The notes: generated by a model from the sequence alone, not told the origin. A stretch of 64,000 bases of DNA from Longimicrobiales bacterium (GCA_965218295.1 CBDCKN010000006.1:1-64000), one strand, 5' to 3'; numbered from the stretch's first letter, positions 43,928 to 53,865 are shown. Translations and numbers: made by a program.

Positions 43928-45847
43928 ATGGCGGATATCAAGGTGACCCTCCCGGACGGGACGGTCCTGGAGGTGCCTGAGCGATCCAGCGTCGCGGACG
44001 TTGCGGCGGCGATCGGCCCCGGATTGGCCAAGGCGGCCCTGGCGGGGGAGGTGGACGGCCACACGGTCGACCTCTTCCATACCATCGAGGCCGATGCCAG
44101 CCTGAGGATCATCACCGATCGAGACCCCGACGCCCTTGCCCTGTTGCGGCACTCCGCCGCCCACGTGCTGGCTACGGCCGTACGCGAGCTGCGCCCGGGT
44201 GCGGGGATCGGGTTCGGGCCGGCCATCGACGACGGCTTCTACTACGACTTCGACGTGGAGAAGCCCTTCACTCCGGAGGATCTGGAGACGTTCGAGGCCA
44301 AGATGGCCGAAGTAGTGGACGCCGACTACGCCTTCGAGCGCCGTATCGTGACCGTTGAGGAGGCCCGAGAGCTCTTCGCCGACGATCCGCTGAAGCTGGA
44401 GCGCCTGGAGGAGTTCAGCGAGGACGAGGTCATCACGGTCTATCGGGACGGGCCGTTCCTCGATCTCTGCCGCGGGCCCCACGTGCCGTCCACCGGCCGA
44501 CTCAAGCACTTCAAGCTCCTCTCCGGGGCGGGGGCGTACTGGCGGGGGGACGAGAGCCGCCAGATGCTTCAGCGCATCTACGGTACCGCCTTCTTCAAGA
44601 AGTCGGACCTGAGCGGCTATCTCGAGCGCCTGGAGGAGGCCAAGAAGCGGGACCACCGAGTCCTGGGCCGGGAGCTGGATCTCTTCTCCACCGACGCCCG
44701 GGTGGGTCCGGGCCTCATCCTGTGGCATCCGAAGGGGTCCGTGATCCGCACCGAGATCGAGACCTTCGAACGGGAGCTCGTACTCCGGCACGGATACGAC
44801 CTGGTGTACACGCCCCACATCATGACCGAGAAGCTGTTCGAGATCTCGGGCCACCTGGAGAACTTCAAGGAAGGGATGTTCGGGGCCATCGAGGTGGAGG
44901 GCAACGCGTACCGTCCCAAGCCCATGAATTGCCCGGGCCACATCGCCATCTTCGAGGCCGACCAGCGGTCCTACCGGGACCTGCCCATCCGGATGGCCGA
45001 GTTCGGCACCGTGTACCGCTATGAGCGGAGCGGCGTGCTCCACGGCATGCTCAGGGTCCGGGGCTTCACCCAGGACGATGCCCACATCTTCTGCACGCCC
45101 GAGCAGGTCCCCGGTGAGATCGAGCGGCTCTTGGATCTGGTGGACGAGATGCTTTCCGCCTTCGGCTATCCGTACACCCTCGCGCTGGCCACCAAGCCCG
45201 AGGAGAAGGCGCTGGGCACCGACGAGGAGTGGGAGTCGGCGGTGAAGGCCCTGGCCGACACTCTCGAAGCTCGGGGTGTGCCATTCGAGTACGACATCGG
45301 GGGAGGCGCCTTCTACGGACCCAAGCTCGACTTCAAGCTCATCGACGCCATCGGCCGGGAGTGGCAGGGCCCCACGGTCCAGCTCGACTTCAACCTGCCG
45401 GAGCGCTTCGAGCTCGAGTACGTGGGCGAGGACAACGAGCGCCATCGTCCCGTCATGCTGCACCGGGTGCTGGTGGGCTCCATGGAGCGCTTCGTGGGCG
45501 GGCTCATCGAGCACTACGCGGGAGCGTTTCCCCTGTGGCTGGCCCCCGAGCAGGTGCGGGTCCTGCCGATCTCGGAGCAGTGGGTCTACTCGGCCAACGA
45601 GTTCGCCGACCAGCTCGACGCCGCGGGCATCCGTGGGAAAGTCGTGAGCCGAGAGACGCTCAGCTACCGCATCCGCGACGCCGAAGTGCACAAGGTCCCC
45701 TACATGGCCGTCATCGGCGAGCGGGAAGCCGAAGCGGGCACGGTGGCCGTACGGAAGCGCGGGGCCGGCAAAAAGCAGGACGTCATCGACCGGGCCCAGT
45801 TCATCGCCCAGCTGGTGGGCGAGGTAGAGAGCAGAACTCTAGGCTAG
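43928..45847 (+). CDS. thrS: Threonine--tRNA ligase
   Basis: TGS domain, RHSAAH, DLCRGPH, PMNCPGH, GAFYGPK. Confidence 0.98.
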   Translation: MADIKVTLPDGTVLEVPERSSVADVAAAIGPGLAKAALAGEVDGHTVDLFHTIEADASLRIITDRDPDALALLRHSAAHVLATAVRELRPGAGIGFGPAIDDGFYYDFDVEKPFTPEDLETFEAKMAEVVDADYAFERRIVTVEEARELFADDPLKLERLEEFSEDEVITVYRDGPFLDLCRGPHVPSTGRLKHFKLLSGAGAYWRGDESRQMLQRIYGTAFFKKSDLSGYLERLEEAKKRDHRVLGRELDLFSTDARVGPGLILWHPKGSVIRTEIETFERELVLRHGYDLVYTPHIMTEKLFEISGHLENFKEGMFGAIEVEGNAYRPKPMNCPGHIAIFEADQRSYRDLPIRMAEFGTVYRYERSGVLHGMLRVRGFTQDDAHIFCTPEQVPGEIERLLDLVDEMLSAFGYPYTLALATKPEEKALGTDEEWESAVKALADTLEARGVPFEYDIGGGAFYGPKLDFKLIDAIGREWQGPTVQLDFNLPERFELEYVGEDNERHRPVMLHRVLVGSMERFVGGLIEHYAGAFPLWLAPEQVRVLPISEQWVYSANEFADQLDAAGIRGKVVSRETLSYRIRDAEVHKVPYMAVIGEREAEAGTVAVRKRGAGKKQDVIDRAQFIAQLVGEVESRTLG

Positions 45848-45984
45848 GGAGGTCGGGCGGCCCCTGCGCGACCGTCTGGGAGGGGGTAAAGGATGAGAAC
45901 CAGAGGGTACCGCTCGTTCCTCTTCAGCTTCTCCTTGAAGAGGTATTTGCCCACGGCGATCTGCTTGCGGTAAGGGACCCTCAT
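45844..45984 (-). pseudogene. N-terminal remnant resembling adenosyl-hopene transferase HpnH
   Basis: SD-like GAGGCAGGTG, then MRVPYRKQIAVGKYLFKEKLKRNERYPLVLILYPL; similarity ends before the radical-SAM CxxxCxxC motif. Confidence 0.65.
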
Positions 45985-46276
45985 CACCTGCCTCTTGGGG
46001 ATGTGACATTGCCTGGTAACCGCTACGGTACGCTTTGGATGTGATCCCTGCCAGCCTCACCGACGATCCCCGTTCCCGGGGGTGCCCGCTACCTTGACGG
46101 GCCCGGGGATCTCCGTGATCTTTCTCGGGTCCTGAAGCCCTGGGACACGGACAAAACGGAAGTGAGTCGCGCGCGAGTGGCTCCACCTTTCGGTTCCACG
46201 GACGATGTGGATACCGCCGGGTCGAGGAGAACGGGTGACCGGAGAGGCATGCCCCCGGTGCTTCGTGACCCTTGTG

Positions 46277-46300
46277 GCCTGGAGAATTCCGGGCTTTTTT
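46277..46300 (+). terminator. Intrinsic terminator inside the infC leader (attenuator candidate)
   Basis: GCCTGGA-GAAT-TCCGGGC-TTTTTT, about 60 nt before infC. Confidence 0.7.
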
Positions 46301-46362
46301 GTTGTGGATGAGCTGGGGTTTTCGAGGCCTGGGCTCCGCAAACCCTAATGAAGGAGAGGAAG

Positions 46363-46875
46363 ATCAGCGAGCAAAGAGTCCGTGTGAACGATCAGATCCG
46401 GATCAGTCCGGTCCGGTTGATCGACGAAGTGGGGGGGCAGGTCGGGATCGTTTCCATCGAAGATGCGCAGGACCTTGCCCAGGACAGGGGCCTGGATCTG
46501 GTGGAAGTCGCTCCGGAGGCTCGCCCTCCAGTGGTCAAGCTGATGGACTACGGGAAGTTCAAGTACGAGGCACAGCGGGCGGCCCGGGAGGCGAAGAAGA
46601 AACAGCACCACGTTCAGGTCAAAGAGGTGAAGTTTCGTCCGGGGATCGAGGATCACGACTACGATTTCAAAGTCCGTCATGCTCGACGGTTCCTGAGCGA
46701 AGGGAACAAGGTCAAGCTGACGATGATGTTTCGGGGACGGCAGGTGACGCACCCCGAGTTGGGCCGCGACGTTCTCATTCGGGTCATCGAAGATCTCGAG
46801 GACGTGGGAAAGGTCGAAACCCAGCCGAGTTTCGAGGGGCGTATCATGTCGATGGTTCTGGCACCCCTCAAGTAA
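46363..46875 (+). CDS. infC: Translation initiation factor IF-3 (probable ATC start; in-frame ATG at 46348)
   Basis: RVNDQIR, DLVEVAP, MDYGKFKYE, KEVKFRP. Confidence 0.97.
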   Translation: MSEQRVRVNDQIRISPVRLIDEVGGQVGIVSIEDAQDLAQDRGLDLVEVAPEARPPVVKLMDYGKFKYEAQRAAREAKKKQHHVQVKEVKFRPGIEDHDYDFKVRHARRFLSEGNKVKLTMMFRGRQVTHPELGRDVLIRVIEDLEDVGKVETQPSFEGRIMSMVLAPLK

Positions 46876-46920
46876 GTGGCCATAGGGGATCCACCCACGG
46901 GCCCCAAGGGAGTAGATGAG

Positions 46921-47118
46921 ATGCCGAAGATGAAGACCAACCGGGGTGCGGCCAAGCGCCTCCGCCGAACCGGATCGGGTAAGATCCGGCGGATGCGGGC
47001 GAACAAGAGCCACATCCTCACCAAGAAATCAAAGAAGAGGAAGCGCCGTCTTCGTTCTGCCACCTTGGTGAGCAAGGCCGACGAGAAGCGCATGAAGCGA
47101 CTCCTTCCAGGGTCGTAG
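46921..47118 (+). CDS. rpmI: 50S ribosomal protein L35
   Basis: [13 protein letters not shown]...HILTKK. Confidence 0.98.
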   Translation: MPKMKTNRGAAKRLRRTGSGKIRRMRANKSHILTKKSKKRKRRLRSATLVSKADEKRMKRLLPGS

Positions 47119-47136
47119 GCGAAAGGAGAGGCTTCG

Positions 47137-47499
47137 ATGCCGAGAGCGACATCGTCTCCCGCTCGCAACAAGCGGAAGAAGAAGATTTTCAAGGCGGCCA
47201 AAGGGTACTTTGGCGGCCGAAAGAACCTATACCGCACCGCCAAGGACGCCGTAGAGAAGGGCTGGGAACACGCATACCGGGACCGCAAGAAGAAGAAGCG
47301 CAGCTTCAGGCGCCTCTGGATCACCCGGATCAACGCCGCCGCCCGCGAGAATGAGCTCTCGTACTCTCGGTTCATGAACGGACTCAAGCGCGCCGGGATC
47401 GACCTGGATCGCAAAGTGCTGGCGGATCTCACCGTGCGCAGTCCGGAGGCCTTTGGTGCCTTGGCGGACCGTGCCAAAGAGGGGCTCGAGGCTGGGTAG
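47137..47499 (+). CDS. rplT: 50S ribosomal protein L20
   Basis: [24 protein letters not shown]. Confidence 0.98.
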   Translation: MPRATSSPARNKRKKKIFKAAKGYFGGRKNLYRTAKDAVEKGWEHAYRDRKKKKRSFRRLWITRINAAARENELSYSRFMNGLKRAGIDLDRKVLADLTVRSPEAFGALADRAKEGLEAG

Positions 47500-47524
47500 T
47501 CTCCCTGTACGCCCATGGTGCGCC

Positions 47525-47560
47525 AGGGGCTTCGCGACGATTCAGTCGCGGGGCCCCTTG
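47525..47560 (+). terminator. Strong hairpin after rplT
   Basis: AGGGGCTTCGCGAC-loop-GTCGCGGGGCCCCT; weak U tract. Confidence 0.45.
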
Positions 47561-47626
47561 CTATTGACGGCTATGGGTATGACCAGCGTAAGTTGTTGCC
47601 CTCAACCGAGGTGAACACGTTCATAT

Positions 47627-48670
47627 ATGAGCGATTTTAACTCTCTCATCGATACCCTCAAGGCTCTCGAGACCGAGGCTCTGGCCGCCATAAAGGCGGC
47701 CGCCGACGCAGACACGCTGGAGGAGTTGCGCATCACGTACATGGGCCGCAAAGAGGGTCGCATCTCCTCGCTCCTGCGCGGGTTGGGTGCTCTGGACGTG
47801 TCGGAACGTCCCGCGGTGGGCGCCCACGCGAACCGGGTGAAGGAGGCTCTCCAGGAGGCCCTGGAGGAGCGGGAGGGTGAGTTGGCCGGGGAGGCTGCCC
47901 CCACCGGTCTCGCCGAGGATCTCACCCTGCCGGGCCGCGCTCGTTGGAAGGGCGGGATCCATCCGGTCAACCAGGTCGTGGACGAGATCTGGCGGATCTT
48001 CCGCGGATTGGGTTTCGTGCGCGCCCGGGGGCCCGAAGCCGATACGGAGTGGTACAACTTCTTAGCGCTCAACACCCCCCTCGATCATCCTGCGGCCGAC
48101 GAGCAGGACACGCTCTACCTGAAGGACTCGGTGCTCCTCCGCAGCCACACCTCTCCCGTTCAGGTTCGGGTCATGGAGCAGTATCCGCCCCCCATCCGGA
48201 TTCTGGCCCCGGGAGTGGTCTACCGGAGGGACACATACGACGCCACCCACACACCCGCCTTCGCGCAGATCGAGGGCCTGGTGGTGGACGAAGGGATCAC
48301 CTTCGTGGACTTCAAGGCGACGCTAGCCGAATTCGCCCGCCGATTCTGGGGTCCGGGTACGAAGGTGCGCTTCCGTCCTTCCTTCTTCCCCTTCACCGAA
48401 CCCAGCGCAGAGGTGGACGTGAAGCGTCAGCTCATCATGAAGGACGGCACCGGGGTCGAATCCGATTGGATCGAGATCATGGGCGCCGGCATGGTGGACC
48501 CCAACGTCCTCGAGAACGTCGGCTACGACGCAGAGCGCTACACGGGGTTCGCCTTTGGCATGGGGCCGGCCCGAATCGCACTCCTGAAGTACGGCGTGCC
48601 CGATCTCCGGATGTTTTTCGAGAACGATGTCCGCTTTCTCTCCCAGTTCGCGCACGGAGGGGCTCGATGA
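47627..48670 (+). CDS. pheS: Phenylalanine--tRNA ligase alpha subunit
   Basis: LLRSHTSPVQ, FPFTEPS, GFAFGMG. Confidence 0.98.
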   Translation: MSDFNSLIDTLKALETEALAAIKAAADADTLEELRITYMGRKEGRISSLLRGLGALDVSERPAVGAHANRVKEALQEALEEREGELAGEAAPTGLAEDLTLPGRARWKGGIHPVNQVVDEIWRIFRGLGFVRARGPEADTEWYNFLALNTPLDHPAADEQDTLYLKDSVLLRSHTSPVQVRVMEQYPPPIRILAPGVVYRRDTYDATHTPAFAQIEGLVVDEGITFVDFKATLAEFARRFWGPGTKVRFRPSFFPFTEPSAEVDVKRQLIMKDGTGVESDWIEIMGAGMVDPNVLENVGYDAERYTGFAFGMGPARIALLKYGVPDLRMFFENDVRFLSQFAHGGAR

Positions 48671-51126
48671 ACATCTCGTTCGCCTGGCTCGAGGCCATGG
48701 TACCGGGCCTGGAGATGGGCGTCGAGGAGGTGGTGGAGCATCTCGCCACCCGCGGAGCGCCGGTAGAGGGCACCGCGTTCCTGGGCGCCGGGCTGGAGGA
48801 GGTCGTCGTGGCCCGGGTGGAGTCCGTGCGTCAGCACCCGAACGCCGACCGGCTCTCCCTCTGCGAGGTGAATAACGGCGAGGAGACGCTCCAGGTGGTC
48901 TGCGGCGCTCCGGTCATCCACGAGGGCGGATTCTATCCGTTCGCGGGCGTAGGCGTGACCCTGCCGGGCGACTTCAAGCTCGAGCGGTCCAAGATCCGGG
49001 GCGAGTATTCCAACGGGATGCTCTGCTCCGAGAAGGAGTTGGGTCTGGGAAGGGACCAGGCGGGCATCATGCTTCTGACCGGCGAGGTCTCGCTGGGCCA
49101 GCCCCTCACCGAGGCTCTGGCCCTCGACGACGTGCGCTTGGATGTGGAGGTGACGCCCAACCGGGGCGACTTACTGTCCCAAGTGGGAGTGGCCAGGGAA
49201 GTGGCTCCGGGTGGAGTCGACGGCATCGTGCTACCGGCCATCCCTGGCGCCCCGGTTCTCGATCTCGAGGTCAAGACGGGCGAGCTGGAGGTGACGCACG
49301 CCGAGGTCGGCATCCGCATCGACGAGCCGGAGCTCTGTTACCGATTCCTCGGTGTGATCATCCGCGGCGTGCAAGTGGCCCCGTCTCCGGAGTGGCTGGC
49401 CCGGCGACTGCGGGCCGTAGGACAGCAGTCCATCAACAACGTGGTCGATGCCACGAACTACGTGATGCTCGAGATGGGCAACCCTATGCACGCCTACGAC
49501 CTCGGAAAGCTTGAGGGGTCGCGGCTGGTCGTGCGGAAGGCTAAGGACGGTGAGACGATGGAGACCCTGGACGGTCTGGAGCACGAGTTCGAGTCCGAGA
49601 TGCTCATGATCTGTGACGCCGCAGTTCCCCACGACATCGGTGGCATCATGGGTGGGCTTCACTCGGCGGTGACGGAGGAGACCTCGGAGATCCTGCTCGA
49701 GTGCGCTCTCTTCGAGCCGAAGTCCATCCGGAGGACCCGGCGGGCTCTGGGCATCTCCACGGACGCCAGCTACCGATTCGAGAGGGGAGTCGACCCGGAA
49801 GGACACGTCCCGGCAGTGAAACGGGCCCTTGAGGTCATCCTAGCTACGGCGGGTGGCGAGATCGATGGGCCGATCATGGAGGTGCTGCCACAGCCTTGGG
49901 AGCCCTTTTCGCTGACGCTCCGGCTGGCCCGGGTCGAGCAGGTGCTGGGTGTCCCGCTCGGAGCGGAGGAGATCGAGGGCCTGCTGAAGCCGCTGGGCTT
50001 CAGTGTGGAGGCCGGCGGCGAGGGGGAGCTCGGCCTGATCGTGCCTGGGTACCGGAGCTACGACGTGACCCGTGAGGTGGACCTCATCGAGGAGATCGCT
50101 CGCACTCGCGGGTACGACAGCTTCCCCGACGAGCTGGGTCCCGCCCGGCCGACCACCGTACCGGACCATCCACTCTTCCAGCTCGAGGACGGACTGAGGC
50201 ATGCGCTCGCCGGCACCGGGCTCCTGGAAGCCACGAATCCGGCCTTCGCCCCTGAATCCGAAGGAGACGTGGAGATCAGCAACCCCATCTCCCAAGAGGA
50301 GAGCCACCTGCGGAGTGCGCTTCTACCGGCCCTCCTGCGGTGCGTCGAGTACAACTTCGCTCGTGGCGCCCGGGACGTCCGGCTGTTTGAGATCGGGACG
50401 GTCTTCCGCGCGTGTGATTCGGGCGATCCACCTCGCGAGGATCTTCACGTGGCGCTGACCATCACGGGTCGCCAGCGGCCGGCTCATTGGTCCGAGGAAG
50501 TGGGCGTGGTAGACTTCTGGACATTGAAGGGGTTCGTGCACGAGACCTTGGCCGAGTCCGGTTGGGGCGGGGGTTCCGTGAGCCCGAGGGCCGACGCCGC
50601 GGAGGCACGCGGCGAAGGGCCGGGCGCGGCCTTGGACGGTGGACCCGTTACCGGTGACCTGTTCGTGCCTTCAACTACGGTGATCATCTCGGCGTTGGAC
50701 GGCAGGACCGTCGGTTCGGCCGGCCAGGTCTGCCCGGACCGGATCGACGCTCCCGCGTGGGCGGGGCCGGTGTGGGCCATGGAGCTCCTCTTGCCCGCCG
50801 AGCCCGAGCTGGAGCGCGCGCCCCCATTCCGGCCTCTCCCGCAGTTTCCGGGGGTGGATCGGGATCTGGCCCTACTCGTCCCCCAGCACGTCTCGGCAGA
50901 GTCCGTCCTCGAGTGCATACGCGGATCGGGTGGCGAACTCCTCGACGAGATCACCATCTTCGACGTGTACCGGGGCGAGGGGGTGGGAGAGGGTGAGCGC
51001 TCGCTCGCGTTCCGTCTCCGCCTCCAGGCGTGGGATCGGACATTGACCGACAAGGAGGTGGATCGGGTGGTCGGGAAGGTCGCAAAAAAACTTTTGGAGG
51101 ATCTCGGTGTCGAACAACGCCTCTGA
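48667..51126 (+). CDS. pheT: Phenylalanine--tRNA ligase beta subunit
   Basis: HPNADRL, TPNRGDLLS, RFERGVD, DLIEEIAR, RDLA. Confidence 0.97.
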   Translation: MNISFAWLEAMVPGLEMGVEEVVEHLATRGAPVEGTAFLGAGLEEVVVARVESVRQHPNADRLSLCEVNNGEETLQVVCGAPVIHEGGFYPFAGVGVTLPGDFKLERSKIRGEYSNGMLCSEKELGLGRDQAGIMLLTGEVSLGQPLTEALALDDVRLDVEVTPNRGDLLSQVGVAREVAPGGVDGIVLPAIPGAPVLDLEVKTGELEVTHAEVGIRIDEPELCYRFLGVIIRGVQVAPSPEWLARRLRAVGQQSINNVVDATNYVMLEMGNPMHAYDLGKLEGSRLVVRKAKDGETMETLDGLEHEFESEMLMICDAAVPHDIGGIMGGLHSAVTEETSEILLECALFEPKSIRRTRRALGISTDASYRFERGVDPEGHVPAVKRALEVILATAGGEIDGPIMEVLPQPWEPFSLTLRLARVEQVLGVPLGAEEIEGLLKPLGFSVEAGGEGELGLIVPGYRSYDVTREVDLIEEIARTRGYDSFPDELGPARPTTVPDHPLFQLEDGLRHALAGTGLLEATNPAFAPESEGDVEISNPISQEESHLRSALLPALLRCVEYNFARGARDVRLFEIGTVFRACDSGDPPREDLHVALTITGRQRPAHWSEEVGVVDFWTLKGFVHETLAESGWGGGSVSPRADAAEARGEGPGAALDGGPVTGDLFVPSTTVIISALDGRTVGSAGQVCPDRIDAPAWAGPVWAMELLLPAEPELERAPPFRPLPQFPGVDRDLALLVPQHVSAESVLECIRGSGGELLDEITIFDVYRGEGVGEGERSLAFRLRLQAWDRTLTDKEVDRVVGKVAKKLLEDLGVEQRL

Positions 51127-51421
51127 GAACTCGAACGTCACGCCGGCCCAGGCAATCGAGCGGCTGGAGGAAGTCGTGTCCATGGCCGTCGGGGAGGTCG
51201 ACCGGCTCCGCCAGGAACTCGCTCGTATCGAGGCTCAGGGCGAGGAGCTGGAGGCGCTGCTTCGTGGTGTGACGTCCGGAGAAAGAAGCCCACGTGAGAT
51301 GATCGACCGGCTCCACATCCTAGAGGAGGAGAATCGCGACCTCCGAACCCGACTGAACCAGGGCAGAGAGGGAGTCGAGCGTCTTCTGGCAAGAATCAAG
51401 TTTCTGGAGGAGCAGAGGTGA
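51107..51421 (+). CDS. ZapB-like coiled-coil protein
   Basis: Coiled coil lying between pheT and zapA. Confidence 0.65.
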   Translation: MSNNASENSNVTPAQAIERLEEVVSMAVGEVDRLRQELARIEAQGEELEALLRGVTSGERSPREMIDRLHILEEENRDLRTRLNQGREGVERLLARIKFLEEQR

Positions 51422-51714
51422 GTGCAGAAAAGGAGTCGGTAACGGTCAGGATCGCCGGTGAAGAGCACACCATCCGCTCCAGTGTCCCGGCGGAGTATAC
51501 CAAACGCTGTGCCCGGCATGTGGATCAGCGAATACATGACATCAAGAAACAGGTCGGCCTCCTAGAGGGACACAAGGCCGCCATCCTAGCCGCCCTCTCC
51601 ATCACCGACGAGCTTTTTCAGGCGAAGGACGATCTCGAGCGAAGCGGCATCGATCTCGCGTCGAGGATGGAGGAACTCGCCGAACGGCTGGAAGCCGCCA
51701 TCGCCCACGAGTAG
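51418..51714 (+). CDS. zapA: Cell division protein ZapA
   Basis: VTVRIAGEEHTIR...AILAALSITDELF. Confidence 0.9.
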   Translation: MSAEKESVTVRIAGEEHTIRSSVPAEYTKRCARHVDQRIHDIKKQVGLLEGHKAAILAALSITDELFQAKDDLERSGIDLASRMEELAERLEAAIAHE

Positions 51715-51730
51715 CGGGCGCTTCGATCTA

Positions 51731-52003
51731 GTGTGGTGTCCCAGAAGTGTCTCGGCCATTGATCTCGCTGCGCTCGATCGTCTCGCGGTCAACTCGGTGC
51801 TCACGACGAGCATGAAGGTCGCTCGGCTCGAGCACCGATGCATCCGGCCCTGCGGCGTTCCTCCTCCTCGGGCCACGGCCTTTGGCCGCGGTGCCCGCGT
51901 TGCTATTCCTCGTCGTCGCGCCTGACCCACGCCTCCGGCGCGGGTACCCCGGATCCGGCGCCTCGGCACTCTCGGTGGCTCGCGAACTTCTGGGACACCA
52001 CAC
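51731..52003. mobile_element. MITE type 2 (273 bp) with two nested hairpin modules
   Basis: Perfect TIR GTGTGGTGTCCCAGAAGT; near-identical to 61969-62268. Confidence 0.9.
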
Positions 52004-52170
52004 TCGACACCCCCTCCTACTGCCCGCCCACTGCCGGGGCCGCATGGAGGGGGGGCTTTCGGCGACCTTGCGTTTCGCCGAACCCAAATTCTATTGTTTG
52101 CCTGTTAGCTAACGCCAACCATGCAGACGCCTTTTTTGCCGGCGTCTGATTTTCGGAGCAAACAAAACAA

Positions 52171-53742
52171 ATGGATCCGCTGGTTATCGGACTGGCGGCG
52201 GCCGTGGCGTTGTTTTTTGGAGCCGCGGGATATGTCGGACGCGGCCTGATCGAGCAGTCGCGTCAGAGGAGGGCACAGGCCGCCGCCGAGGATGAAGCAT
52301 CCAGGATCCTGGCTCGCGCTCAGGAAGAGGCGGACAACCTCCGTACGTCCAAGGTCCTCGAAGGAAAGGAAGAGGTCTTCCGGCTCCGGGAGTCGTGGGA
52401 GAAAGAGGAGCAGCGGCACAGGGAGGACGACGAGCGGGCGGAGCAGCGCCTGGCCGAGCGCGCGCATGCGCTGGACCGCCGCTTCGACACCTTGAACGAA
52501 AAGGAGTCGGCCCAGGAGCAGCGGAGCAAGGAACTGGACCAGCAGGAACGGGAGCTCACCGAGCAGGCCCAGGAGGTGGATCGCGCCCGGGCCGAGGTTC
52601 GCAAGAAGCTCGAAGCGCTGGCGGGGACTTCGGCCGCCGAGGCCAAGCAGGAGCTGATCGAAGACCTGAAGGACGAAGCAAGGGCCGACGCCGCCAACGA
52701 CCTCCGCGAGATCAAGGAAGAGGCGCAACGCAACGCCGACCGAGAATCCAAGAAGATCCTGGGCCTCGCCATACAACGAATGGCGGCGGACCAGACCGCG
52801 GAGATGACCGTCTCCGTCGTACAACTCCCCTCCGACGAGATGAAGGGCCGCATCATCGGGCGAGAAGGACGCAACGTCCGCTCGTTCGAGCAAGCCACCG
52901 GCATCGACGTCATCATCGACGATACCCCTGAGGCCGTGGTTCTCTCAGGGTTCGACCCGGTGCGGCGAGAGGTGGCGCGGATCGCGCTACAGCGGCTCAT
53001 CGAAGATGGACGAATCCACCCGGGCCGCATCGAGGAGATGGTGGAGAAGAGCCGGAAAGAGGTGGAGCAATCCATGGTCGAAGCGGCCGGGGAAGTGCTC
53101 TACGAGCTCGGAATCCACAACGTCCACTCCGAGATTGTAAAGGTCCTCGGCCGGCTGAAGTTCAGGACCTCGTATGGCCAGAACCAGCTTCAGCACGCCA
53201 AGGAGGTGGCGCTTCTGGCTGGGAACATGGCGGCGGAGATGGGGCTGGACGTGCAAGCCACGAAGCGGGCGGGCGTGCTCCACGACGTGGGGAAAGGTCT
53301 GACGTACGAGCAGGAAGGTACCCACGTGGAGCTCGGATATCGCCTCTGCAAGAAGCACAACGAGTCGGAGATCGTGCTGAACGCCATCAGGGCGCATCAC
53401 GATGAGGAGCCCCACTTCTTCGCCGAAACGTTCCTCGTGACGGCGGGCGATGCCATCTCCGGATCCCGCCCGGGTGCCCGGCGCGAGATGTTCGAGGGGT
53501 ATGTCAAGCGGCTGGAGAAGCTGGAGGAGCTGGCCATGGAGCATCCCGGCGTCGAGCGCTGCTTCGCTATTCAGGCGGGCCGCGAGATACGTGTCATGGT
53601 CGAGCCGGAGAAGGTCACGGACGACGAAATGGCTCAGATCTCCGAAGCGGTGGCGCGGCGCATCGAAGGCGAGCTGCAGTACCCCGGTCAGATCAAGGTG
53701 GTCGTGATCCGCGAGACCCGGGCCATCGATTTTGCACGCTAG
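52171..53742 (+). CDS. rny: Ribonuclease Y
   Basis: TM anchor, coiled coil, MKGRIIGREGRN (KH), LHDVGK (HD). Confidence 0.98.
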   Translation: MDPLVIGLAAAVALFFGAAGYVGRGLIEQSRQRRAQAAAEDEASRILARAQEEADNLRTSKVLEGKEEVFRLRESWEKEEQRHREDDERAEQRLAERAHALDRRFDTLNEKESAQEQRSKELDQQERELTEQAQEVDRARAEVRKKLEALAGTSAAEAKQELIEDLKDEARADAANDLREIKEEAQRNADRESKKILGLAIQRMAADQTAEMTVSVVQLPSDEMKGRIIGREGRNVRSFEQATGIDVIIDDTPEAVVLSGFDPVRREVARIALQRLIEDGRIHPGRIEEMVEKSRKEVEQSMVEAAGEVLYELGIHNVHSEIVKVLGRLKFRTSYGQNQLQHAKEVALLAGNMAAEMGLDVQATKRAGVLHDVGKGLTYEQEGTHVELGYRLCKKHNESEIVLNAIRAHHDEEPHFFAETFLVTAGDAISGSRPGARREMFEGYVKRLEKLEELAMEHPGVERCFAIQAGREIRVMVEPEKVTDDEMAQISEAVARRIEGELQYPGQIKVVVIRETRAIDFAR

Positions 53743-53802
53743 TGTTCCATTCCACGGATGCACCGTCCCTCGACTGGCCGAGACACTTTGGTAACGGGAC
53801 AC
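53742..53802. mobile_element. MITE type 1, heavily deleted copy at the rny stop codon
   Basis: TA-flanked; one arm intact, the other reduced to GTGTTCCATT. Confidence 0.8.
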
Positions 53803-53865
53803 TAGTGCTTGGGTGCACTAGGCGCCCCCCGTGGGGACGGCCCAGTAGCACATGGAGGAGAGGGA

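Noticed and set aside
47944..48666. Apparent 1060-aa PheT with a long N-terminal extension
   Set aside because: The extension overlaps pheS in another frame; the real start is ATG 48667 with a GGAGG SD
51728..52149. Small ORFs inside the MITEs (e.g. MWCPRSV...)
   Set aside because: No SD, no transposase motifs, and frames differ between copies
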